A DNA stretch of 64,000 nt, taken from contig CBDCCI010000001.1 of assembly GCA_965214705.1 (NCBI GenBank), positions 288,001 through 352,000 of the forward strand, in the 5' to 3' direction. Position 1 is the stretch's first letter. The number at the start of each line of letters is the position of its first letter. The notes below the pieces were generated by a model, which saw only the letters and a program-made list of their open reading frames with translations, ran no database searches and was not told where the DNA came from. Below, one piece after another: positions 1-8,664 of the stretch. The position numbers and the translations under genes are program-made. This DNA is from Alphaproteobacteria bacterium (GTDB lineage Bacteria; Pseudomonadota; Alphaproteobacteria; UBA828).

Positions 1-75
1 TCCTTCACCCGAGACCGCGACGTAGAGCCGGGTACGGTATGGCACTTGACCGTCAATCTGAAACACGCGGGCTGA
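1..75 (+). CDS. lptD: 3' end of LPS-assembly protein LptD (partial)
   Basis: Frame 1 reads SFTRDRDVEPGTVWHLTVNLKHAG*, resembling the alphaproteobacterial LptD C-terminal beta strand; lies directly before surA as in the usual lptD-surA operon. Confidence 0.65.
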   Translation, partial: SFTRDRDVEPGTVWHLTVNLKHAG

Positions 76-82
76 GGCGGCT

Positions 83-1051
83 ATGAGATATCTACCGATC
101 GCTCGGGCGGCTCTGCTGTTGTTCGCGCTGCTGCCGATCGTGCTCGTGCCGGTGGACCGTGCGAGGGGCCAGGAGGTCGTGAGGATCGCCGCTGTTGTCA
201 ACAGCGAGGCGATCTCGATCCCCGATCTCGTGCGGCGCATCGACGTCGCCATCGTGTCGTCCCGACTGCAGGTCAGCGAGGAGCTGCGCCGCCAGCTGGC
301 ACCGCAAGTGCTTCGCTCGCTCATCGATGAACGTCTGAAGGTGCAGGAGGCAGAGCGTCTCGGGGTGACCGTCAGCGAGGCCGACATGGCGAACGCGCGG
401 CGGAGCGTCGAGCAACGCAACGGAATCCCGGCCGGCGCGCTCGACGACTTCCTGCGGCGCCAGGGGCTGGACGTCGCCACCGTCGGGGAGCAACTCCGCG
501 CTGAGATCCTCTGGTCCAAGCTTGTGCGCGGCCGCCTGGGTGCCGCGGTCTCGGTCGGTGAGGGCGAAATCGACGAGGCGATCGCCCGGCTTGAAGCCAA
601 CCGAGGGCGACCCGAATATCGTGTCGCGGAGATTTTTCTGGCAGTCGAATTGAGCGAGCAGGAGGACGAGGTCCGCGCCGCCGCCGCGAGCCTCTACAGG
701 CAGCTAACAGGCGGCGCCAACTTCGCCCAGATCGCCCGTCAATTCTCGCAGAGCGCCACCGCCGCGGTCGGCGGCGACATCGGCTGGGTCGTCGAAGGAC
801 AGCTCCCGAGCGAGATCGAGGCCGTGCTCGCCGAGACAGAGCCCGGATCGATTACATCCCCGGTGCGGGCGTTCGACGGTTACTACATCGTCTCGTTGAT
901 TGACCGCCGCGCGGTGCTCGCGGACGTGCCTGCCGCCGGGCTCGATCGGGAGCGGATCCGGCAGGACATCGCGGGACGCAGACTGGAGATGCTCGCGCGG
1001 CGCTACGTTCGCGACCTGCACCGATCGGCGTTCATCGACGTGCGGATTTGA
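83..1051 (+). CDS. surA: SurA periplasmic chaperone / parvulin PPIase
   Basis: Signal peptide, IAAVVN SurA N-domain, one parvulin domain (FAQIARQFSQSATAAVGGDIGW), C-terminal AFIDVRI. Confidence 0.9.
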   Translation: MRYLPIARAALLLFALLPIVLVPVDRARGQEVVRIAAVVNSEAISIPDLVRRIDVAIVSSRLQVSEELRRQLAPQVLRSLIDERLKVQEAERLGVTVSEADMANARRSVEQRNGIPAGALDDFLRRQGLDVATVGEQLRAEILWSKLVRGRLGAAVSVGEGEIDEAIARLEANRGRPEYRVAEIFLAVELSEQEDEVRAAAASLYRQLTGGANFAQIARQFSQSATAAVGGDIGWVVEGQLPSEIEAVLAETEPGSITSPVRAFDGYYIVSLIDRRAVLADVPAAGLDRERIRQDIAGRRLEMLARRYVRDLHRSAFIDVRI

Positions 1052-1929
1052 CGGGCACAAGCGACCCCAGCGGGGAAGACGCCGGCTGCGACGCCCGGCT
1101 GCCGCCGCTCTCCGCCGTCATCGCGCGCCACGGACTGCATCCCAAGCGACCGCTTGGTCAGCATTTCCTCCTTGATCCCAGCCTGTGCGAGAGAATTGCG
1201 CGGACAGCCCAACCCGGCGCGTCGGCCGTCATATTGGAGGTGGGGCCAGGACCGGGCGGACTAACCAGAGCGCTGCTCGCGGCTGGCGCGGCTCGCGTTG
1301 TCGCGGTGGAGAAGGACCGCCGCTGCGTGACCGCGCTCGGCGAGCTCCAGGCGCGCTATCCCGATCGGCTCGAGATCGTCGAGGGCGACGCGCTCTCCTT
1401 CGATATCGCTACTCTGGGGCCCGCTCGCATCGGGATCGTAGCGAATCTCCCCTACAACGTCGGCACGCGGCTCTTATTGCGATGGCTGGAGCAGGTCGAG
1501 CTGATCGAGAGCATGACCCTCATGTTCCAGAAGGAGGTGGCCGCACGGATCACCGCGGCCGGTGGGCGAGACTACGGCGGCCTCTCGGTGCGCGCACAGT
1601 GGCTCTGCACCTGCGAGCGGCTGTTCGACGTGAGCCCGCGCGCCTTCGTGCCGCCGCCCGGCGTGCTTTCATCGGTGGTTCGCCTGGTGCCGCGGGCTGC
1701 GCCGCTCGCGCCGGCGGAGCCCGACGCCCTCGATGCCGTGACCCGCGCGGCATTCGGTCAGCGCAGGAAGATGCTGCGCCGCGCCCTTCGCACCCTTACC
1801 CCGGACCCGCTAGCGCTGCTTCAGAGCGCCGGCATCTCGCCCGAAGCGCGGGCGGAGACGCTCTCGGTTACCGAATTCTGCGCGCTTGCCCGCGCCTGGG
1901 CGACGACGCGGCACACCAGAGCGCTGTAA
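1048..1929 (+). CDS. rsmA: 16S rRNA m6,2A dimethyltransferase RsmA/KsgA
   Basis: LGQHFL, EVGPGPGGLT SAM motif, ANLPYN, MFQKEVA, FGQRRKML. Confidence 0.97.
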   Translation: MTGTSDPSGEDAGCDARLPPLSAVIARHGLHPKRPLGQHFLLDPSLCERIARTAQPGASAVILEVGPGPGGLTRALLAAGAARVVAVEKDRRCVTALGELQARYPDRLEIVEGDALSFDIATLGPARIGIVANLPYNVGTRLLLRWLEQVELIESMTLMFQKEVAARITAAGGRDYGGLSVRAQWLCTCERLFDVSPRAFVPPPGVLSSVVRLVPRAAPLAPAEPDALDAVTRAAFGQRRKMLRRALRTLTPDPLALLQSAGISPEARAETLSVTEFCALARAWATTRHTRAL

Positions 1930-1947
1930 TTCCGCTGGTAATTCCGC

Positions 1948-1976
1948 TTGCCAATGCGTCCGGCACGCCTTAGTCA
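1948..1976 (+). promoter_or_regulatory. sigma70-type promoter upstream of uORF/GNAT
   Basis: TTGCCA-N17-TAGTCA; a start about 7 nt downstream would fall on the ATG at 1984. Confidence 0.55.
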
Positions 1977-1983
1977 CCCTTTC

Positions 1984-2022
1984 ATGCCACGCTGTTCTCG
2001 CGAGCGACGACGAGACCGCTGA
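1984..2022 (+). CDS. putative Arg-rich leader peptide MPRCSRERRRDR
   Basis: ATG...TGA, 6 of 12 codons Arg including CGA CGA CGA; complementary to the GNAT RBS region. Confidence 0.55.
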   Translation: MPRCSRERRRDR

Positions 2023-2087
2023 CACCGCGGCGCCATCGGCGCTGCGGCATCACCACCTTGCCCGTCCGTCGTCGAGAGCAGAGCGCC

Positions 2088-2603
2088 ATGCCCCCCATCC
2101 GTAAAGAGCGGCCGCAAGACGGCCCGGAGATCGAGTCCCTGCTGGACCGTGCCTTTGGCGCGGACCGTCATGCCCGCCCTTCCTACCGCCTGCGAGAAGG
2201 TATCGAGCCCGTGCACAGCCTCTGCCTCGTCGCCGAGGCCGAGGGTCGAATCCTCGGCACGATCCGACACTGGCCTGTACGGATTGGCACAACGGGATCG
2301 GCGCTGCTGCTAGGGCCGATCGCCGTGAACCCGCCCCAAGAGGGACGCGGAATCGGAGGACTACTAATCCGAACCGCACTCGATCGGGCCGCAGCGGCGG
2401 GACACACGACCGTCGTCGCAGTGGGCGCGCAGGGTTATCTCGGCCGTTTCGGCTTCGAGAGCGCAGCGCGCTACGGGATCAACCTTCCTGGCCTCAAGGA
2501 ATCCGGCCGGCTACTCGCGCTGGCGCTTGCCCCTGGTGCCCTCGACGGTGTGAAAGGTGCGATAGAGCGGGTTAGCCCTGAGCCGGCTTCGTGCCCACCG
2601 TGA
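2088..2603 (+). CDS. GNAT family N-acetyltransferase (YhbS-like)
   Basis: AFGADRHARPSYRLREG, LLGPIAV, QEGRGIG acetyl-CoA motif; start placed at ATG 2088. Confidence 0.88.
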   Translation: MPPIRKERPQDGPEIESLLDRAFGADRHARPSYRLREGIEPVHSLCLVAEAEGRILGTIRHWPVRIGTTGSALLLGPIAVNPPQEGRGIGGLLIRTALDRAAAAGHTTVVAVGAQGYLGRFGFESAARYGINLPGLKESGRLLALALAPGALDGVKGAIERVSPEPASCPP

Positions 2604-3243
2604 GTTTGCCCACGAATTCGTCGAGGCCCTTCAGGCGGTCCCGGCGCAGCCGCTCGGCACGGAGCACCGCGCGCACCTCTTCGACGGACCGTTCGAGCGC
2701 AGTGTTGACCACCACGTAGTCGTATTCGTCGTAGTGACTCATCTCGTCGCCAGCGCGGCTCATTCGCTCCGCGACCACGGCGGGCGTGTCCTGAGCACGG
2801 CGCTTGAGTCGTTCTTCCAGCGCCTCCAGCGACGGCGGCAGGATGAAGATGCGGACCAGATCGCCCTTCACGGCCTCGGCAAGCTGCTGGCTGCCCTGCC
2901 AGTCGATATCGAAGACGACATCGCGGCCGGCATCGAGCGCGCTTTCGACCGGGTCGCGGGCGGTGCCGTACCAGTGGCCGAACACTTCCGCGCATTCCAG
3001 GAACGCCCCGCGCTCCCGCAGACGCGTAAACCCGGCCTCGTCGACGAAGTGATAGTCGCGGCCGTCCATCTCGTCCGGTCGCTTGGGCCGCGTCGTGTGC
3101 GAGACCGAGATTTCGACTCCGTCGCCTTCAAGCTCGACCAGGCGGCGGGTAATGGTCGTCTTGCCCGCACCGGAGGGTGAGGACAGTACCAGCAGGAGGC
3201 CGCGGCGCCCAAAGGTCGGATTGTCGGTGGAGACGCTCACCAC
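2572..3243 (-). CDS. gmk: guanylate kinase
   Basis: SSPSGAGKTT P-loop, SVSHTTR, DGRDYHF, DIDWQG. Confidence 0.97.
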   Translation of the reverse strand: MVSVSTDNPTFGRRGLLLVLSSPSGAGKTTITRRLVELEGDGVEISVSHTTRPKRPDEMDGRDYHFVDEAGFTRLRERGAFLECAEVFGHWYGTARDPVESALDAGRDVVFDIDWQGSQQLAEAVKGDLVRIFILPPSLEALEERLKRRAQDTPAVVAERMSRAGDEMSHYDEYDYVVVNTALERSVEEVRAVLRAERLRRDRLKGLDEFVGKLTVGTKPAQG

Positions 3244-4140
3244 CTACTCCACGTTCTGCGCCTGCTCGCGGAACTGGTCGATGGCCGCCTTGAGCGCGAG
3301 GCCGACCTCCGTGAGCGCGGCATGGGAGGCCTTGGAGCAGAGCGTGTTGGCCTCCCGGTTGAACTCTTGCGCCAGGAAATCCAGCTTGCGTCCGACAGCA
3401 CCCCCCTCCTGCAGATGACGTGCCGCCGCTGCGCAGTGGGACCTGAGTCGGTCGATCTCCTCGGTCACGTCGATCTTGACGGCGAGGAGCGCGAGCTCCG
3501 TTGCCAGCCGATCCTCGGACACCGGCGAGACCGCGCCGATCAGAGCCGCCACCTGCTCTCGCAATCGCTCGCCGAGCGCCTCTTGGCGGGAGGGCGCCAG
3601 GGTCTCGGCTTGGCGTGTGAGCACCACGATCTCCTCGATCCGGTCCGTCAGCGCGGCGGCGAGCGCAGTCCCCTCAGCCTGCCGCTCGCGCACCAGCTCC
3701 GCGAGTGCGATATCCAGCGTCTCCAGCAAGGCAGCGTCGTCCTGGGCGCCCTCGGTGTCGTCGGGTGATTCTGCGGTCTCGATGACACCGCGTAGCGCCA
3801 ACATGCCGTCGAGGCGCGGCGGCGCGATGTCGTCCCGCCCGCGGTACTCGGCGGCAAGGTTGATCAACTCGTCGAGCCACGCCCGGTTGACCCGCATCGC
3901 GGCGGCTTCCGGCGCCTGCGAGAGCCTGAGCCCCACCGTGACGTTGCCGCGCCGAAGCCGCGCAGTCACCGCATTCCGCACCGCCGGATCGAGCCGCTCC
4001 AACCCCTGCGGCAGGCGGCAGCGAATATCCAACGCCCGCCCGTTGACGCTCTTGACCTCCCAGCTCCAGCCGGCCGCGCCATCGCTGCCGCTCGCCCGCG
4101 CAAAGCCGGTCATGCTGGAGATTGCGGCCATGTCCCCCAT
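3244..4140 (-). CDS. yicC: YicC/YloC family endoribonuclease
   Basis: SMTGFA start, EVKSVN, GRKLDFLAQEFNREANTLCSK, REQAQNVE end. Confidence 0.95.
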   Translation of the reverse strand: MGDMAAISSMTGFARASGSDGAAGWSWEVKSVNGRALDIRCRLPQGLERLDPAVRNAVTARLRRGNVTVGLRLSQAPEAAAMRVNRAWLDELINLAAEYRGRDDIAPPRLDGMLALRGVIETAESPDDTEGAQDDAALLETLDIALAELVRERQAEGTALAAALTDRIEEIVVLTRQAETLAPSRQEALGERLREQVAALIGAVSPVSEDRLATELALLAVKIDVTEEIDRLRSHCAAAARHLQEGGAVGRKLDFLAQEFNREANTLCSKASHAALTEVGLALKAAIDQFREQAQNVE

Positions 4141-4157
4141 CGACGCGCCTCCCGCCA

Positions 4158-5153
4158 CTACTTCTTTGACGCGGCGCGCTTGGCGCGCCAGCGTGCGACG
4201 TTGCGGTTGTGCTCGTCCAGGGTCTTCGCGAACGCATGCCCGCCGGAGCCGTCGGCAACGAAGTAGAGCGCGTCGGTCTCAGCCGGGTTCAGGACTGCGG
4301 CAAGCGCCGCGCGCCCCGGATTGGCGATGGGGCCCGGCGGCAGACCCTTGTTGCGGTACGTGTTGTAAGGGCTCTCGACCCAGAGGTCGGCGCGTCTGAG
4401 CGCTCGTCCCAACGGCTTCTTGCCGCCGGTCAACGCGTAAATCACGGTCGGGTCGGCCTGCAGCCGCATGCCCTGCCTGAGCCGGTTGTGGAAGACACCG
4501 GCAACCACCGGCATTTCGTCGGCAAGAGCCGTCTCCTTCTCGACCACGGAGGCCAGCACCACGGCATCGTGCGCTTCGTCGAGGCCAACCGCCGGATCAC
4601 GGGCTTCCCACAGTTCGTCGACCAGGCGTGCCATGGCCCGCTGCATGCGCTCGATGAGCACGGCACGGCTATCGCCCAACGCATAGTGATAGGTCTCGGG
4701 CAGGAGCGAGCCTTCCTCCGGCACCTTCAAGATCTCGCCTTCGAGGTCCGGTGCGGCGCGGACCGCGGCCATGACCTCGGCGCTGGTCATGCCCTCGGTA
4801 ACGGTGAGCCGATGCACGACGGTCTTGCCCGTGACCAGCTTCTCCATCACGCCGCGCGGCGTGACCAGCGCCTCGAACACGTACTCGCCGGCCTTGAGCG
4901 CGTGCTGCTTGTCCTCGATCCAGAGCCCGGCGACGAAGAGCAACGGATCGTCGATGACGCCTGCTTCCTCAAGCACGTCTGCGATGTCGAAGGCACTCAG
5001 CCCCTGGGGCAGGACCACGGTGCGCTCATCGCGTGCGGGCCCCGGCGTGTCGAATTGGCTGTGGACGTAGAGCCAACCTGCGATCACGAGGACGACGGCG
5101 AGGCCCACCACGACCGCCACGCCCGTGAGCGGCCATAAGAGGGCGCGCCTCAT
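4158..5153 (-). CDS. mltG: endolytic transglycosylase MltG
   Basis: N-terminal TM, LASVVEKET, LQADPTVIY, SPYNTY, GLPPGPIANPG, YFVADG. Confidence 0.96.
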   Translation of the reverse strand: MRRALLWPLTGVAVVVGLAVVLVIAGWLYVHSQFDTPGPARDERTVVLPQGLSAFDIADVLEEAGVIDDPLLFVAGLWIEDKQHALKAGEYVFEALVTPRGVMEKLVTGKTVVHRLTVTEGMTSAEVMAAVRAAPDLEGEILKVPEEGSLLPETYHYALGDSRAVLIERMQRAMARLVDELWEARDPAVGLDEAHDAVVLASVVEKETALADEMPVVAGVFHNRLRQGMRLQADPTVIYALTGGKKPLGRALRRADLWVESPYNTYRNKGLPPGPIANPGRAALAAVLNPAETDALYFVADGSGGHAFAKTLDEHNRNVARWRAKRAASKK

Positions 5154-5164
5154 CGCCCGCCGCG

Positions 5165-6442
5165 CTAGGAGGGCCGGCCTACGATGACCGTGGCGTTGGT
5201 GCCGCCGAACCCGAAGGAGTTCGACAGCGCCCGCTCGACCTTGCGCTCCTTGGCCTCGTGCGGGACCAGATCGAGATCGCAGCCCGGCGAGGGATTGTCG
5301 AGATTGAGCGTCGGCGGGACCACGCCGTCGTTGATGGCGAGGATGGAGAAGATCAGCTCCACGCTGCCCGCGGCGCCGAGCAGATGCCCGATCGACGACT
5401 TGGTCGACGACATCGAGAGTTTCCCGGCGTCCTCGCCGAAGAGATGCTTGACCGCGCCGAGCTCGATTTCGTCACCGAGCGGCGTTGAGGTGCCGTGGGC
5501 GTTGATGTAGTCGATCTCGTCAGTGTTGAGCTCTGCCGTCCTGAGCGCGTGGGCCATGGAACGGTAGCCGCCCGAGCCGTCCGGTGCAGGCGCGGTCACG
5601 TGGTGGGCATCGCCGCTCATGCCGTAGCCGATGACCTCGGCATAGATCGTCGCGCCCCGTTTCTTGGCGTGCTCGTATTCCTCCAGCACGACTACGCCTG
5701 CGCCCTCGCCCATCACGAACCCGTCGCGCGCCTCGTCCCAGGGGCGGGATGCGCACTCCGGCGTGTCGTTGAAATTGGTTGAGAGCGCGCGGGCTGCCGC
5801 GAAGCCGGCGACCCCGATATGGCAGACGCCCGCCTCCGCACCGCCGGCGACCATGACGTCCGCATCGCCGCGCAGGATGAGGTGCGACGCATCGCCAATC
5901 GCGTGCGCTCCGGTCGAGCACGCCGTCACCACCGAATGATTGGGCCCGCGAAAGCCGTATCGAATCGAGACGTGGCCCGAGGCTAAGTTGATCAGGCTCG
6001 ACGGGATAAAGAACGGGCTGAGCCGCCTCGGGCCCTTCTCGTCTACAAGGACCGTCGCCGCCTCGATGGTCTTGAGTCCGCCGATGCCGGAGCCGATCAT
6101 CACGCCGGTCCGCTCCTGGCTCTCCTCGTCGTCGGGCATCCAGCCCGAATCCTCCACCGCCTCCACCGCGGCACAGAGCGCATAGACGATGAAGTCGTCC
6201 ATCTTGCGCAGGTCCTTGGTGGATACGATATCGGCCGCGTGGAAGCCGCCCTCATCGTCGCCAGAGGGAATCTCGCCCGCGATCTTGACTGGCAGATCGC
6301 TGGGATCGAACCCCTCGATTTGCGCGATGCCCGAGCGGCCTTCGACGAGCCGCTCCCAGCTCAGGCGGACACCGTTCGCCAGCGGCGACACCATGCCGAC
6401 ACCGGTGACCACCACTCTGCGCGCCGGGTCAGCGGTGCGCAT
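5165..6442 (-). CDS. fabF: 3-oxoacyl-ACP synthase II
   Basis: RRVVVTG, TACSTG, NAHGTST, GHLLGAAG, SNSFGFGG. Confidence 0.98.
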   Translation of the reverse strand: MRTADPARRVVVTGVGMVSPLANGVRLSWERLVEGRSGIAQIEGFDPSDLPVKIAGEIPSGDDEGGFHAADIVSTKDLRKMDDFIVYALCAAVEAVEDSGWMPDDEESQERTGVMIGSGIGGLKTIEAATVLVDEKGPRRLSPFFIPSSLINLASGHVSIRYGFRGPNHSVVTACSTGAHAIGDASHLILRGDADVMVAGGAEAGVCHIGVAGFAAARALSTNFNDTPECASRPWDEARDGFVMGEGAGVVVLEEYEHAKKRGATIYAEVIGYGMSGDAHHVTAPAPDGSGGYRSMAHALRTAELNTDEIDYINAHGTSTPLGDEIELGAVKHLFGEDAGKLSMSSTKSSIGHLLGAAGSVELIFSILAINDGVVPPTLNLDNPSPGCDLDLVPHEAKERKVERALSNSFGFGGTNATVIVGRPS

Positions 6443-6511
6443 TCACTGCTCTCCAGCTATCGGGGTCTTGCGCAGGCTGTGTCCGCGCCATCGGCCCCTC
6501 TGGCCGCCCCG

Positions 6512-6751
6512 TCAGGTGATCTGCTCGATGTGGTCGATGGCGTCCTTCACTGTGAGGATTTTCTCGGCGGCGTCATCGGGTATTTCGCAGCCGAACTCCT
6601 CCTCGAAGGCCATCACGAGCTCGACCGTATCGAGACTGTCCGCACCGAGATCGTCGATGAAGCTCGCATTCTCGGTCACCTTTTCCTCTTCGATGCCAAG
6701 GTGATCGACGACGATCTTCTTGACGCGCGCGGCGATATCGTTATCGCTCAT
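6512..6751 (-). CDS. acpP: acyl carrier protein
   Basis: [20 protein letters not shown] phosphopantetheine motif. Confidence 0.98.
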   Translation of the reverse strand: MSDNDIAARVKKIVVDHLGIEEEKVTENASFIDDLGADSLDTVELVMAFEEEFGCEIPDDAAEKILTVKDAIDHIEQIT

Positions 6752-6998
6752 GTAACCTTCCCTCGTCGGACTGCGTGAACGGCTACGCCGGTCTCAACCG
6801 GCGGACAGCGGCCCCGTGCGGCTTCCGAATCGCGAGCGGACCATGCCGCGCGGACGGGCGGACGCGGCGCTAGGTAACACATTTCTTGGCGATACTCCAT
6901 ACGCTCGGAAGATGGTGCCGGTACGACGGCAAATTCAAGTATGAAGCCGGCCCGTGAGCCATGAGAGAAGCACCGAATTCACCGCCGCGTACCCGAAA

Positions 6999-7898
6999 AT
7001 GAGCGATCAACGGACCGAATCGAGCGTCGTTCCCGGACGCGGGCGGGTGCTCCTGGGCTCGGCGCTCGTGGCTGCCGCAGGCTTGATGTTCGCCCTCGCC
7101 GGCATGGCCATCAAGATGGCGGGGGAGAGTCTTTCCAGCTTCGAGGTGCTGTTCTGGCGCAACGTGCTGAGCCTTGCGATCCTCGTGCCCTGGGTCATCC
7201 GGCACTGGCCCCGGTCGATGCACCCGGCGCATCGCGGGCTCATGGCGATGCGTGGGATCGCCTTGGTGGCGGCGCTGCTCTGCTACTACCACGCAGTCAG
7301 CGTGCTCCCGCTGGCCGAGGCGGTGCTGCTCAACTTCAGCTCGCCCATCTTCGTGCCGCTCCTGGGGTTCCTTCTGTTCCGATTCGCGCTCGACGGCCGG
7401 GTGCTGGCGGCGGTGCTGATCGGCTTCGCGGGCGTCGCCCTCATCCTCAAGCCAGGGACAGAGTTCTTCCAGTATGCGGCCTTGATCGGGCTGGTCTCCG
7501 GCATGCTCGGCGGGCTCTCTGCCGTCGCGATCTGGCGCATGCCGGCCGACGAGGACCCGTTCCGCATCGCCGTCTACTTTGCGCTCATCGGCATCCTGGT
7601 GACGCTTGCGCCGGTGCTGATGAACCCGACCGTGCCACCGGCCGAGGCCTGGCCCGGCCTGATCATGCTCGGCGTGTTCTCGACCGCCGCCCACGTCCTC
7701 TTCGCGAAAGGCTGCCTGATCGCGCCGACCGACCGGGTCGGCACCTTCATCTACACGGCGGTGGTGTTCGCCGCCGTCTTCGGCTGGCTCTTCTGGGGCG
7801 AGGGCGTGGACTGGCTCATGGCTGGCGGCGCGGTGCTGATCGTTGTCGCCGGCGTGCTCGCCATCCGCGCCGGCAAGCCAAGCCGCAAGCGCGCCTAG
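6999..7898 (+). CDS. DMT/EamA family transporter
   Basis: About 10 hydrophobic segments, two EamA repeats (LPLAEAVLLNFSSPIF; FGWLFWGE); start uncertain (6954 or 6999). Confidence 0.85.
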   Translation: MSDQRTESSVVPGRGRVLLGSALVAAAGLMFALAGMAIKMAGESLSSFEVLFWRNVLSLAILVPWVIRHWPRSMHPAHRGLMAMRGIALVAALLCYYHAVSVLPLAEAVLLNFSSPIFVPLLGFLLFRFALDGRVLAAVLIGFAGVALILKPGTEFFQYAALIGLVSGMLGGLSAVAIWRMPADEDPFRIAVYFALIGILVTLAPVLMNPTVPPAEAWPGLIMLGVFSTAAHVLFAKGCLIAPTDRVGTFIYTAVVFAAVFGWLFWGEGVDWLMAGGAVLIVVAGVLAIRAGKPSRKRA

Positions 7899-8632
7899 AT
7901 CATGGCCATGCCGCCGTTGACGTGGAGCGTCTGCCCGGTAACGTAGCGGGCCTCCTCGCTGGCGAGGTAGACACAGGCGGCGGCGACGTCGCTCCCCTCG
8001 CCGAAGCGTCCGGCGGGGATCGTGCCGAGCAGGGCCTCTTTCTGAGCGTCAGCCAGGGCGTCGGTCATCGCCGTCTCGATGAATCCTGGCGCGACGCAGT
8101 TGGCGGTGACGCCCCGCGCGGCTGTCTCGGCGGCAAGCGCCTTCACCATGCCGGCGAGGCCGGCCTTGGACGCAGCATAGTTCGCCTGCCCGGCGTTACC
8201 GGTGGTCCCCACCACCGAGGTGATGAAGATCAGCCGCCCCCAGCGCTGGCGGATCATGGCGCGCAGACAGGCGCGGGCCAGCACGAAACCGGCGCTGAGA
8301 TTGACCTCCAGAACCTCTTGCCAGTCCTCGTCCTTCATGCGGAGCGCGAGCCCGTCGCGGGTGATGCCGCCGCAATGCACCAGGATGGCGGGGGCACCCA
8401 GCGCTTCCGCCGCCCGCTCGGGCAGCGCCGCGAGAGCGTCCCGATCGGCCAAGTCGCAGGGCACCGCTTGCGCGCCCTCGCCGAGCTTTGCAGCGAGCGC
8501 CTCCAGCGCCTCCGCGCGACGGCCGGAGAGCGCCACTGATGCCCCCTGGCGGTGCAGGGCCTCGGCGATGGCGCTGCCGATGCCGCCCGATGCGCCCGTG
8601 ACCAGCGCCACCTTACCCGACAGATCGAACAT
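7895..8632 (-). CDS. fabG: 3-oxoacyl-ACP reductase
   Basis: TGASGGIG, GITRD, NYAASK, APGFIETAMT, VNGGMAM. Confidence 0.97.
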   Translation of the reverse strand: MFDLSGKVALVTGASGGIGSAIAEALHRQGASVALSGRRAEALEALAAKLGEGAQAVPCDLADRDALAALPERAAEALGAPAILVHCGGITRDGLALRMKDEDWQEVLEVNLSAGFVLARACLRAMIRQRWGRLIFITSVVGTTGNAGQANYAASKAGLAGMVKALAAETAARGVTANCVAPGFIETAMTDALADAQKEALLGTIPAGRFGEGSDVAAACVYLASEEARYVTGQTLHVNGGMAMI

Positions 8633-8664
8633 CCCGTGCCGCTCCCTGCTGCTGCCTGCTGCGC

